A stretch of 48,352 nucleotides of DNA from a virus, in the IMG/VR virus record IMGVR_UViG_3300024243_000002; one strand, 5' to 3'. Positions 10,701-18,730 of the stretch are shown piece by piece. The position numbers and the translations under genes are program-made. The notes below the pieces were generated by a model. That model saw only the letters and a program-made list of their open reading frames with translations, was not told where the DNA came from and did not search any database. The first letter of the stretch is position 1, and the number at the start of each line of letters is the position of its first letter.

Positions 10701-13700
10701 GCAGACGCATCTGCTTCAGTAGTTTTTACAACTCCATCAATAGCGCCGATCCGTTTAAACTTACCAAGCATTCCTTGTTCCGTAAGAGCGTATCTATCTG
10801 GAAGGCCTTCGTCATATAACAAATTATTTATATATTCTATATATGTAGTTTCTTTCTCGGACCCAGTAAACATAGTTGGGTCCTTCATAACAATGCCGTC
10901 TTTTGTCAGCTGAATTATTCCTTGATTTTGAAAATGATTATTAAACGCCGATACCCTGTCCGGAATTCTACCAAACGGCAACTGCTCTTCGCGGATTTGA
11001 TTTGCAACAGTACTTGAATAGCCCGGTACATTTAAATGAACGCCCAAAGTATTAACTAAAAGATCTCGCATAGTTTTCTTTTGAGTCTTTAATCCAGAAT
11101 CAAGTTCTATTGCGAATTTATTACTCCACCATTTAACTAATTGAGAAGCATCGCCTTCTTTGTATTTACTCTTTGCTCCGCCAGGCATAAACCTAACATC
11201 GTTCCTTCTAGACATTATTTCCCAGAAGCCCCTCATCTCTGCAACCATAGAATCAATATCACCAGACAACGCATTTGGATATTGTTTTTTAAACGCCCTT
11301 TTCATTCCAGCGCCACTTGGCAAGGCAACCATTTTCCAGATCTGTCTTCCGCCAGCATCCTTTCCTCTTATAATTGGAGACTCATGAAGTGAGGACGAGC
11401 CGCTATTGGCTTTTCCAATAATCTTATCCATGGTGACCGAAACTGTTTTATGTCCGCTCTCGCCAAGATCATGATTGTACGTAAATATATCAGTCATAAA
11501 CTTACGAGCGCTTCCTATTGCAGACTGCTCATAAATAAGACTATGTATAGACGAGTATCCGCTTTCTGTATCCATATCATGAATATAATCTTTATGATTT
11601 TTACCTATATGCTCTTTAGCTAACGATTGAACCGCATCCACATTATTCATTAAAATTTCATACGCAGCAGCGCCTTCTTTTGTTGCAATATCAACAGTCT
11701 TCGCATCTGCTATAGAGCCTTCTATGCGAACTGATTTAGATAGAGTATCGACATGCAGAAGACCCATATTAGCACGATAAGATTCCTTGGCAAGCCTGCT
11801 TACGTCTTCCGGCCTGTCGTTTTTAGAATCAATAAACTTCACATAGTTATATTTATCTGTCTGAATTACATCATCGGAATTTCTGGCTCCGTACACCTCC
11901 CGCCCATCATCAAGAGCCTGCGGTACACTGCTGTCAATTGAATCGGCAAGCTCTAATACTGCCTGCCTGTACGACCTCCTGAAGACATTATGCCTTACAT
12001 CTTTAAATATAAACGAATCGCCTGGAGCAATTAATCTTTGAGCAGAAAGCTCTTTCTTTAATCTTTGAACCATAGAAAACTTGGCAGCATCGGATAGCTC
12101 TCCAAGAGTGGTCGCGTCCGTGTCAAGCGTTATGCTGTCCTTGCTGAGAAGAAGACCGCTAACTTCGTCTTCTCTGAATTTGGCAGTTCGCAATAGCCGA
12201 ACCCAATCAGTAAACCCGTTGACCTCTTCTTTGTGCAAGTCACCTTTGGGGCCAGACGGATCATACGCCTCACCACCCATCTCTTTTATCATTACATTAT
12301 TAACTTCATCTAATAATTTAGGATTCTCAATTGCCATCTCAATAAGTTCTTCGGTAGTTTTGCCATCAACCTTTACAGTTTTCTCAATAGCTCTTTTGAA
12401 AATATCACCAACAGCTTTATTGGTAGCGTCAACTGCGGCTGGCACAGAATCATTGTTTATATATTCTGCAGGAGTTAGTTTCTCATGTTGAGTTGGGTCA
12501 TACGCAAGCTCCTTGTCGTACACTCCCCATAATCTAGCAACATCTCTGGCTTCATTTATTCCCTGTAATCTTAATGCAAAGTTTTGGCTTTCAACTCCAA
12601 ACCCAGCGCCATAATGAGAAGCATCCAACATGGAGAAATAAGGTTCTTTTGTCGCAGAGTATGCAAGCCCGTAATGAACCATAACATCCGCTACTGATCT
12701 CATTGATGGATCGTTTACCATTCTTCCCAAAGTAGACATTTGACCAGCAGATTCTAATCCTCTTTCTATGTCCGGCTTAAAGAGTGATGAGCCATCGCTG
12801 TAGTTCATCCCCTCTGTAGCGCCATAAAGGAAATGTTGCTGAGTGTCGGTTACTAATCCAGTCCAAAGCCCAAGCATACCACGCCTGCCAAGATCGCTAA
12901 AATAAACCTTACGCATCTCGGCCATCTTCTCGGCCACAGGTATAAAGTTTGCGGCGTGTTTTTTAGCTATCTCTGCAGCAATCTTTACTTTTTCGGCACC
13001 AGTTGCTCTGTCAATTGCATTCGCCCAAACACCCAGCTGTAGCCCCGATGTTCCCTGTAGCAGCTTGCTGGCAGATTGCCTTGTGCCTGAGCCCATGCTT
13101 GCAGACATGAATCTAAGCAGCTCTGATAATGCAGCTGGATCTTCCTTTGCCATCTTGTCAAAATCTATGCCGCCATGTTGTTTTAACGCAGCACCGAATC
13201 GCCTAGTTCTTCGAGGTCCGCCCTCAGCACCCTTGCTAAACAACGCCTTCATTGCTTTTCCGAAAGCACCAGACTTGCCAAACAATCTTGAGTTCGCGCT
13301 ATCCATTCCATAAAACAACTTATCGGCTATCTTTTCACCGGCAAGAATTCGTTCCGTGCCTGTAGCATTTGTCTTGCTAATGCCAGCCAAGATAGAGTGA
13401 AGTGTATCCGTGCCCATTACATTTTTTCTGGCAAACCCAGGCTGAACCCTAAGCTTTTTAAATATCTCAAGCCTTGATAATGGCAATGCTCCACCAAGCA
13501 GCCCAAAACCAGCACCGATAGTTGCGTCATTAAGAATACCATGGAAGTATGCTCGTCTCAGCCATCCTTCTCCCTCTTCCTTGTGGAAGCCGTGTCCGAG
13601 GAACATGTTCTCAGTTGCATTCAGCAAGTTCTTCACTGTGCCGCTGGCTGAAGACCATTCCTCTTCTTCATACCCATAGTCACCTGGATGAGTAATCGCT

Positions 13701-15301
13701 CCAGTTAGCCTATGCGTAGCTGCCATAGAGACAAGTCCGGCAGCATGATTTGCTGCTCTTTGAGTCATATGGGCTACATTTGAACCAAATCTGCCAGTAA
13801 ACTTATCACTCCATCTTGTAATAAGCTTTGAAACATCAGCTCCGTCTTTGCTAAATGCTTTAATCCAATCATCGCCTGCAATTGAAACCATTCTGCGTAT
13901 TTCTTTTGGACCCAGCTCTGGATGAGCCTTCATCAATTGCTTGGCTAAATCTGTTCTGAAAATATTACTCATACTGGCAGTTAACTCTTTTTTAAGATTC
14001 TTAACTGTACCCCATGCACCGGCCTGCGCCTTTGAGCCAGTCGCTATGGTGGCCTCTACCGCCTTGTCAGAGGACTTCTTTATCATCTTACCCACTACAT
14101 CGTCTGTGACGCCAAAGATCTTTGACAGCTCACTAGAGACACCTTTAGCGGCTTCCTTTGAGCCAGCCTTGCCAAGTACTCCTAATTCTGTACCAGAAAG
14201 GCCTCTGCCTGTACTGCCGATTACCCTTTTGATGCCAGTGCCACTTGCAGCCTTCGCATTAATAGATAACTTGCCGAACCTTTGCCCAAGTGAATGTAGT
14301 GATAGGTTTTTGTTTACCCATTCAAGAGTTTTAATTCCAACTTCAGGTGCCGCATTAACTGTTTTCGTAATCTTGGTATCTTTTTGAGCAAGTTTAATTG
14401 CGTCCATCATGCCAGGAAACCTATTAATCTCTTTAGCTACATCATCGCCGCCAGCTGCCAGCAAACGAGTTGCTTCTTTGGCTATGGCTTTAGTGCCGCC
14501 TTTAGATGCAGTTTTTTCTGCCGATCGTAGAATGCCAGAAATAAGCTTAGATTCACCTTTTGCTTTGTCAATAGACTGAAGAACCTTTAAAGTCTTTGTC
14601 GCCTTTATTCCTTTGCCAGAAATCTGCAGCGCCTTCAGCCCGGCGATAGCCCCCGAGCTTATAAACGTACCTGCAACCAGTCCCGCAACTTGGCCACCAT
14701 ACGCAGCAGCTCTACCGGCATCTGATCTTGGATCGCGCATCGCGTCAACCATATTCTCTCTAAACCAAGCGTCTCCACCAAGAGCCTCAATGCCTTTATC
14801 GACACCAGAGGCAACCCCCTGTGCGAGCAATGTTGTTAAGCCGGCAGTAAACGAATCAAACGTATGATAAACCAATGCGGCAGTAGCGTCACGCGCCGCC
14901 TCAATTGGAGTAACATCTTCGTCTGTTACATTAACGCCGCCGACCCAACCGCTCAATAGAGTCTCGTCCATTGTGCCGCCAGCCTCATTCCATGCAGGCA
15001 ATCCAGCTGGACGCTGTGGCTGCTGCAGATCTCCACTACTTAACGCAGTTCCCTGCTGTCCCTGCTGCTCGCTAGCGCCAGCAGCAGACAGAACCTGCCG
15101 TAACTCATAGTTTGTTATTGAATCTCTATCGGCAGTAGATAGCTGCTCCTCAAGGCCGACCATTTTTTGATCGATCATTTTCTGGAGATCATTATCGTTC
15201 TGTCTAAAGTATTCACCGTTGGGACCACTCAGCAATTTCTGCTTAATGTCATCCCTCGCGCTCTTGCTTTGGAGCCCGGTCAAAACTAATTTGCCTTGCA
15301 T
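1787..15301 (-). CDS. Giant virion-associated protein (4,504 aa) with a beta-prime-like DFDGDQ catalytic motif; putative ejected two-barrel virion RNA polymerase fused to internal-core/ejection modules
   Basis: Uninterrupted ORF. Its ATG lies 3 nt after the stop of the upstream gene (TAAAACATG), with GAAGGA upstream. DRDFDGDQTMAHNP at aa 2691-2704 (nt 7190..7231, frame checked). Hydrophobic segments at aa 197-225, 4010-4041 and 4289-4305. It is the last gene of the structural operon. Confidence 0.8.
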   Translation of the reverse strand: MQGKLVLTGLQSKSARDDIKQKLLSGPNGEYFRQNDNDLQKMIDQKMVGLEEQLSTADRDSITNYELRQVLSAAGASEQQGQQGTALSSGDLQQPQRPAGLPAWNEAGGTMDETLLSGWVGGVNVTDEDVTPIEAARDATAALVYHTFDSFTAGLTTLLAQGVASGVDKGIEALGGDAWFRENMVDAMRDPRSDAGRAAAYGGQVAGLVAGTFISSGAIAGLKALQISGKGIKATKTLKVLQSIDKAKGESKLISGILRSAEKTASKGGTKAIAKEATRLLAAGGDDVAKEINRFPGMMDAIKLAQKDTKITKTVNAAPEVGIKTLEWVNKNLSLHSLGQRFGKLSINAKAASGTGIKRVIGSTGRGLSGTELGVLGKAGSKEAAKGVSSELSKIFGVTDDVVGKMIKKSSDKAVEATIATGSKAQAGAWGTVKNLKKELTASMSNIFRTDLAKQLMKAHPELGPKEIRRMVSIAGDDWIKAFSKDGADVSKLITRWSDKFTGRFGSNVAHMTQRAANHAAGLVSMAATHRLTGAITHPGDYGYEEEEWSSASGTVKNLLNATENMFLGHGFHKEEGEGWLRRAYFHGILNDATIGAGFGLLGGALPLSRLEIFKKLRVQPGFARKNVMGTDTLHSILAGISKTNATGTERILAGEKIADKLFYGMDSANSRLFGKSGAFGKAMKALFSKGAEGGPRRTRRFGAALKQHGGIDFDKMAKEDPAALSELLRFMSASMGSGTRQSASKLLQGTSGLQLGVWANAIDRATGAEKVKIAAEIAKKHAANFIPVAEKMAEMRKVYFSDLGRRGMLGLWTGLVTDTQQHFLYGATEGMNYSDGSSLFKPDIERGLESAGQMSTLGRMVNDPSMRSVADVMVHYGLAYSATKEPYFSMLDASHYGAGFGVESQNFALRLQGINEARDVARLWGVYDKELAYDPTQHEKLTPAEYINNDSVPAAVDATNKAVGDIFKRAIEKTVKVDGKTTEELIEMAIENPKLLDEVNNVMIKEMGGEAYDPSGPKGDLHKEEVNGFTDWVRLLRTAKFREDEVSGLLLSKDSITLDTDATTLGELSDAAKFSMVQRLKKELSAQRLIAPGDSFIFKDVRHNVFRRSYRQAVLELADSIDSSVPQALDDGREVYGARNSDDVIQTDKYNYVKFIDSKNDRPEDVSRLAKESYRANMGLLHVDTLSKSVRIEGSIADAKTVDIATKEGAAAYEILMNNVDAVQSLAKEHIGKNHKDYIHDMDTESGYSSIHSLIYEQSAIGSARKFMTDIFTYNHDLGESGHKTVSVTMDKIIGKANSGSSSLHESPIIRGKDAGGRQIWKMVALPSGAGMKRAFKKQYPNALSGDIDSMVAEMRGFWEIMSRRNDVRFMPGGAKSKYKEGDASQLVKWWSNKFAIELDSGLKTQKKTMRDLLVNTLGVHLNVPGYSSTVANQIREEQLPFGRIPDRVSAFNNHFQNQGIIQLTKDGIVMKDPTMFTGSEKETTYIEYINNLLYDEGLPDRYALTEQGMLGKFKRIGAIDGVVKTTEADASAEITNIVGHDRNLEEAAMGYVRMVDAYERGDVEAIQEALGNIKTSTRTRTEIGQIQHTLRSMMYSLGKGREDYFAFDKAKKALERNGLTFINGKHGKVKIKISPSANLGKARRDVGEILRQLNVKRGEAGFAEDKVLMGLGDFEAAVDARSSRNLEIESTKDLFDVYGLSSHGKENVLTEVRNLVEEGKYTQSELHNKLDTILMSNSLSIIDPGLSPRLTSKLALIGDAQLSRWINEKVFSESEARKELLYDESTRQDRKMINVVIERIRNLRNVKHNSKTKNNAELAKINLIREATSTRNVYVISPSAMIDGNTKVSGVVGNMVRSERTAITRMADALGSEHNETTIIMPTGATIEGESPLTKEGATNPRYNKKLMNTSYTIDGEQRDDFITFRTEGINEPAMVGSRDFKENGTDKYLLSMASKIDKFTKNRPEAFVLKGFVSDIIDAANVIENSDGGAFSIGEKLIISEGLTRLSNVHTFGLESLAEVNDSAGWQSLANKYATKTNNPSSRTTSSEHVSRVLADSRFIPTDLIAEVLHTNSENVNRAEFAKNGKVKVAHVESIDILKLLPEDRAKELGITELDDGAIIASRAEIDLLHTLHGVQGDASTGKFSVIMSGPDGVERLYKGLIVDSPKLTALRKELGVQFLTTSSTGKMPKNIPAVEFSHKGTSIDYAEAGLALQNGRWNEVKVNTNNGIIDVPLSSFEFHNISSVENNRTSQKFTEYMYRGPDSKAEANAFLDRVFNAALDKHINILSGAATAEELSNFFERSLGIDPGIAQESGLYEWVSSGGTLEWSPGMGINAITNWANGMGVSRAEKAARASHLVVSGVLDGNEAYRGIEYGSTVIDNASSFVLAFKDYSADKEGSANNAIDHNIKFFGSKGIKLSKSEVAGFKNDSYRFGEFDIGKQLDLNELPKTGENLLLDSIRSSLKNSLGRAQSEATAHAAKFLEAAGLSGSAKVTAERRLAALMYNYMQAGLSGGKAEVASKTPHKRFVPAEEKALAELNKYIIALGKKAIESGDTSGLPDSWEIENDIMSGENGIYAGQGIGRLSGREALRAELASRKITNGAVRNALDFFLGKYDHEARPHLGRDQFDGPNFSSNKGLATVSVGMVAGAKTYPSKDFAASKLDYVLGYDSKKSDAFMGREKAALMDRDFDGDQTMAHNPIGMNSIADGWAYGNAKQPADTKLSVYEQRRKIGPPAMESDQWFSGKSSRKLAENAVVLEKAKGTTQKLSNALAFLADGFGVNLTQGGKSVVVGPKRSTHSRLTADIDFLQMQDNNVQAVIDAASKGTNMTYKEMRDLFVKEVIMHDPNGWLNSITGDAELTNLIRGQEKKILETMLDFAEKVGDVNGYTSRQQRKTITDNLLLAALVDSPNASNNLNTLFGVMLRNNGVKIPKGRELRLLTPENSENMTFASLRRINKLNKKVYEKYTNENATFESELTSDALRLIDPTIDFANSYPGKNQTRMSTNFEKMAMRILTHAEFNKPDANGVFDNSPTKSPYEKVQAIFNGEQRKHVLMPDQIVQMRSTAVAQASIGTAARLFADPHSYTFTGKARAQHARKIIDTIEGFAKKAITGNAKDKWTWDAVQKASDEAVRTFYEKWDKDGDGIYHATYALLSTGPLGKDRGTIAVGGKALPIHRNMQNQLLRSVMGYLAKNHQDAILTYELLNSAYSKGDGAALSALEQIISDGASSHYLGASSTGEFTATYNLPIAGKDIDRFKGKGSLVEGESINSEIDGITVGGRIPKWVGAATGILRMYSRNALVMNPQDFTQRINGLRTAEFKQTIGDALGGADNSLFKETSTRLDSQGLDRSPYTSEVYYSEMKKARRAKEDIFNEKVTKSVNNEIGKPQVQASLRSKMQGRFNNKSWEALVAEKKSSLREKFEREFDDMRPLSEDMATAADRATVAHTRRMLRHLRAGDNPSALGAGFGYSEGRKASYGSLTKQQEQLRDQIRVSTGEDADPKETIHINKGLAKIDNIVRYDPWIQSILSMSQGGSKPEVAFRGWVQQQYNININREPLKEQDVFQILKHLEHMKYGEKHYNKTILAAGGETTGVVDKAAAWLYSNALPRQKAENSPHFEHLFETSNIVRSQMKRHRSQSLSLLVNLEKSIKDNFPAGHNDLKSIMSRISEIQNRLSLAKHAGASTEDLTSIERLYASLREGSDPIAGQTGATLMAMADMFDGVARYGQTDGGAGFSPIYQIEIGADRNGREITIPKRGKNGQRLVDRTKTVDKIIGMLQSRDLATGKGTAERAIANNMIDYFDYQAEITAEGLQEARQVIRRLAEKQSGIKDVAEKTKLFKRIDDMIDEIQSGNIYFPANRIGLQFALSTAIAEQGEQIGTNMNFFDIDPAGQASFNTDRFMSNLEAKLKDKAKHSVRLKDFNMVGVMAGHAAEGIDFLQTQKMWNAMLDVNNGLEKLIILSGSKEDRLKNIEYANSVRLMLEQHASKMQASPHQSSISRLGRMVLAGITASVLSVFSPITSIVNHVGGHTMLAAKTGVRDARTPREARWSPDEFNAVAGKEFVDFENRDQYDPYSSDWNEWAQYLQPKVREQLGLAAKDRLETAEKVVGFTANKLLYLMGKVETPLRQKAWRAGAARVWDQISSQKQEFTNLSVDTYRRFGIDPESVVGKKATEKSIDIAFRRYRERASSAAGHKLIVETQFLYDKLNRSDLDLNTATAFLTKLVHYTRNIQAIGQYMVHDKFAEIQAGDHMGLSPNKQISNAWSPTTWQSQQEYKFNPDTAFSTIFGLGILLQALGGDDDAPVPLQFAERVNPIGIPAIDMTRDLVRYAGTHGNKLNGLVNSGYLDEQDVINYRNRIGWGSGLPQYFMGPTGKELPQAIGFALVKAGLDDGTLGEDMSELVRATTGINVNRSSMEYKYGTDATTNIINLLLYQTAPGAPRIYNKITGTATAFKRMQDNPGQPDAQMEFLKTVQNNLWRPGPYRYLPIKKQPRYNLD

Positions 15302-15304
15302 GTT

Positions 15305-17200
15305 TTAGTCCTTCTTCTTGTGTGCTGGAACTGTATCCAAATCTTTTATTGTATTCAAAAATCTCTCGTAAGATTTACCCTCATTGCCAGGTGATTTTTC
15401 CCACATAAGGTAGTCGCGGTGTTTTGTTTCGTAGGTAGTCCTGCTCTCCATGATTCCATCTTTCGCAAGTGCCGCCACCTTCGTGTTAAGTTCGTATACG
15501 TTCTCTGCCTGACTGCGGCCATGAACTATTTCGGCATTCATTAGTTGAGCCTTCTCTGCCAAGTTGCCAATACTTTTAGCAAAGCCATCGCCGATGCCGT
15601 TTACTTCTTTGAGCACTTTTCTTGAGTCTCCGGAAAAATCGCCATTGCCAAGTTTCTCAAGGTAGCTTTTGCTGGTAGAAACAAATACGGCAACGCCACC
15701 ACTGTTTTTCGCAGCTTTTTTTGCTGAATTCATGGGTCCGCGCGACCCCTCATTATTTGGAGCTGTATTTTTTATCATGATATATTCATACATGTCAGCT
15801 AATCGGGAAGCTGCGTACACGGCAAATCTAACTTGGCTATCGAGATGTTTAAATACCTGCGTGGTCAGCCCCTTAATTACCATACCACCGGTTTCGGTAG
15901 GCGTTGCCTCTACAAACATATATTTCCCTCTGTCTTTCGACAGCGCCTTGATTATAATATTTCCAGCTTCGGTATAACCAACAATATTACCCCTGGCTAC
16001 AGCATTGCGATTTAGCCCTTGAATACCAACGGCATTAACATCATCCCTATATGATGAGTTCTCGCTATTTGCGCCATTAGAAATCTCCCTAGCCAAATTA
16101 TCAATAAGCTCTTTTCTTGAACTTGAGTCATTAATCACATTTTGCAGCACTTCTTTTTTCGGGGCCATGCCGGTAAATCTCCACTCTCTTTCTCTTCCTT
16201 TATCAGTCTTGTCTCTATTTATAGGGCCATCACCTTGATCTCCATTTAACGCCTTAAATACTTTGGCAGCGTCTTTAACAAAAGTCCTGGAATCACTCCA
16301 AAGAGTATCTATTTTCTTTTCGATATACCAGTCACCCATACCCTTGATTCCCATTTCTTTCAAAGTCTTCTTATCTAGATCTTTGTCAGAAAGCCCATAT
16401 GCAGCTTTATAATTATCAACGATCGTCCGACCATTTGGGGTAAGAGCATTGTAGTCGCCAGTCAAAAGCCCATACATATCATCAGATATAATTTTACCAT
16501 CCGCAATCTGACTTACAAGAAATTCATTGAACCTTTCGGTCTTTCCCGAATCGCTTGTTTTTACGCCTTCCGTTTTATCGTCAGCGCCGGCCGTTATTGA
16601 TTTGGCCCCTACCAGCTCGGCATTCTCTTTAGCCGTTAATTCTGGTTCTACTTGCTGCCAGGCCTTAGACAAAGTTTCTACTAGGTCAGCCTCTTGCTCA
16701 TCATAGTCGGCCATAATTTTTTCGTGATCATTACTTGCATTAATAGAAGCCATTGCTATTTGAAGCAGGGCCTTTTTTTCTTGTGGTCCACCAGTTGCGC
16801 TATACGCCTCGGTGTCAGCATTGAACTCATCAACCTTTTTCTGCCTTTGTTCAACAGCCGCATTATATTTACTCAATGCATCCCTATACGCAATTTCCGC
16901 TTCATCTCTTCCCTCCACCCCTTCCATAATGTCAAGCTCCCTGCCCTTGAGGACGGCCGTCCTTTCCGCAATAGCGGCGCCAAGCTTTGCCTGAGCAGCA
17001 TCGGCTGCAGCGCTCAATGCGGCACGCATCATTTTCTCCTGGCCAGCAATCTCATTTTGTCTGGCATAATTTGCCTCTGCGAGTTTCGCCACGGCGTTGT
17101 TGTCAGCAGCAATAGCTATTTCATTCTCTTTGTGCATGCTGTCTAATGCGATGCTTATGTATTGTGCGGCAGAATCTCCGCCCCTATTTCCAACTCCCAT
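15305..17200 (-). CDS. Internal virion / ejection protein candidate (631 aa)
   Basis: Long ORF in the structural operon. The N-terminal third is Ala/Glu/Lys-rich and looks helical. No enzymatic motif recognised. The role is inferred from position only. Confidence 0.6.
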   Translation of the reverse strand: MGVGNRGGDSAAQYISIALDSMHKENEIAIAADNNAVAKLAEANYARQNEIAGQEKMMRAALSAAADAAQAKLGAAIAERTAVLKGRELDIMEGVEGRDEAEIAYRDALSKYNAAVEQRQKKVDEFNADTEAYSATGGPQEKKALLQIAMASINASNDHEKIMADYDEQEADLVETLSKAWQQVEPELTAKENAELVGAKSITAGADDKTEGVKTSDSGKTERFNEFLVSQIADGKIISDDMYGLLTGDYNALTPNGRTIVDNYKAAYGLSDKDLDKKTLKEMGIKGMGDWYIEKKIDTLWSDSRTFVKDAAKVFKALNGDQGDGPINRDKTDKGREREWRFTGMAPKKEVLQNVINDSSSRKELIDNLAREISNGANSENSSYRDDVNAVGIQGLNRNAVARGNIVGYTEAGNIIIKALSKDRGKYMFVEATPTETGGMVIKGLTTQVFKHLDSQVRFAVYAASRLADMYEYIMIKNTAPNNEGSRGPMNSAKKAAKNSGGVAVFVSTSKSYLEKLGNGDFSGDSRKVLKEVNGIGDGFAKSIGNLAEKAQLMNAEIVHGRSQAENVYELNTKVAALAKDGIMESRTTYETKHRDYLMWEKSPGNEGKSYERFLNTIKDLDTVPAHKKKD

Positions 17201-17214
17201 GATTCAACTCCCGT

Positions 17215-18162
17215 TTATTGTGATACTGTGTCTTTGGAAATCTTAGAAACCTCTTCTACGTGGCTAAGCAATTCGCCAATAACATCATTGACATCTTTAT
17301 CCCCAGAAATCTCGATCTTGCCTACGACTTCCATAATATCATTAACGCGATCTAGATATTCGGAGTTTTTTGCAAAAGTCACCATCATTGCTTCCATATT
17401 AGTTAACGAGCCGGCCTTGCTTGCCATGTTTCTTCCCAAAGCCTCTTGTGTTGTAGACTTGCCTGGGCTTGAAAAATTGCCCCTCATTACTGAAAACATA
17501 GACTGGACTTGATGAAGTAAATTACTTTGTGCTTCATCGCCACCAGACCCGTATGGCTGAAGATCTTTGTTAACTTTCAAAAATGCCTCTGCCGAATTTT
17601 TTAAAATAGTATTATTCCCAGCTTCATTAAGCAAGGCAGTGGCCTTGGCAACAATTTGCTCTGCGTTCATTCCGGTAAAGTTTTCCCCGCTAATAGTTGC
17701 TAAATTATTTCTGGCTTGACTTTGAGCGGAATCAGACATCTGCCTAGTCACTTTACCGTACCCATCAACCTCTGGAGCAAAGAACCTTTCAAATCTACCA
17801 ACAACTCTTTCGCTGAGCTGCAGCGCTGCGTAACCCTTGGCGGCTGTATCTAACGGGGAGTCCATGGCATCAAGCTCCATGTTGGTCTTAGCGAAATCAG
17901 CCTGCATGTTTCCAGCAGCGGCACGCATTTCATTGCTCGCCGTAATGCCGGAAATAGCAGATCGCGTTGTGTCGTGCTTGTCTGTGGCCACCTGCTGGTT
18001 TACTTCCCCGCTAGTCTTCAGCTTTCGCATGCTGGCCTCTAGTGACTTCTCGCCAACACCCGTAGCGTTTGCTTGTCGTTTAAAATATGCCTGGTTCTGT
18101 TGACCAGCAAGCTTCATCGCACCAACCGCCCAGGGAGTAATCTGTGATGTGGTTCTTACCAT
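17215..18162 (-). CDS. Internal virion protein candidate (315 aa)
   Basis: ORF in the structural operon between the fibre gene and the giant gene. No family recognised. Confidence 0.6.
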   Translation of the reverse strand: MVRTTSQITPWAVGAMKLAGQQNQAYFKRQANATGVGEKSLEASMRKLKTSGEVNQQVATDKHDTTRSAISGITASNEMRAAAGNMQADFAKTNMELDAMDSPLDTAAKGYAALQLSERVVGRFERFFAPEVDGYGKVTRQMSDSAQSQARNNLATISGENFTGMNAEQIVAKATALLNEAGNNTILKNSAEAFLKVNKDLQPYGSGGDEAQSNLLHQVQSMFSVMRGNFSSPGKSTTQEALGRNMASKAGSLTNMEAMMVTFAKNSEYLDRVNDIMEVVGKIEISGDKDVNDVIGELLSHVEEVSKISKDTVSQ

Positions 18163-18174
18163 GTCGATACCTTT

Positions 18175-18714
18175 CTATGTATCAGCTAACTTCTTAAGAG
18201 CGCCGGCTTGTCCAAGTGCCCCTACTCCGCTCATTGCAGAGGCTGCAAATCCGCCTACTTTTAAAGCGGCATCAAACATACTTGTTTTTTGTGACTCTAA
18301 TTGAGCCTTTTGAGTAGACGCGGTTAATTCCATTTGGTCTTGCTGTGAAAGTAATCCTTGCCATTGCTGAGACGCTTGCATCTGATCGCGGTCACTAGCC
18401 GTCTGTATTTCAGATATAGCCCCCTGCATCTTGCTTTGATTATCTGACATAGCTGCATTTATCCTACCCTGTCCTATAGAGCTAAGATCCATTGACTTTG
18501 CATCAGCTTCAGCTAACTGAGAATTTTGAGAACCAACTATACCTTGTATTCTCTGTTCAAGCATAGTATTCATTTTCTTAGCACCAAATCCAGCCTTAGC
18601 CCTCTGGCTCAACCCGCTTGCCCTTGCATTATCTATTGCTGACGTTGATACCTGAATGCTATTGATAGCTTTATCTATAGCATCATTGCCTACCAGTTTA
18701 TCAAAAACACCCAT
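18175..18714 (-). CDS. Small Gln/Ser/Ala-rich virion protein (179 aa) with a hydrophobic Gly/Ala C-terminus
   Basis: ORF with a low-complexity, coiled-coil-like Q-rich body and the C-terminal segment VGGFAASAMSGVGALGQAGAL. Its position is analogous to a small internal-core protein. Confidence 0.55.
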   Translation of the reverse strand: MGVFDKLVGNDAIDKAINSIQVSTSAIDNARASGLSQRAKAGFGAKKMNTMLEQRIQGIVGSQNSQLAEADAKSMDLSSIGQGRINAAMSDNQSKMQGAISEIQTASDRDQMQASQQWQGLLSQQDQMELTASTQKAQLESQKTSMFDAALKVGGFAASAMSGVGALGQAGALKKLADT

Positions 18715-18730
18715 CTCATTCTCCTATCCT

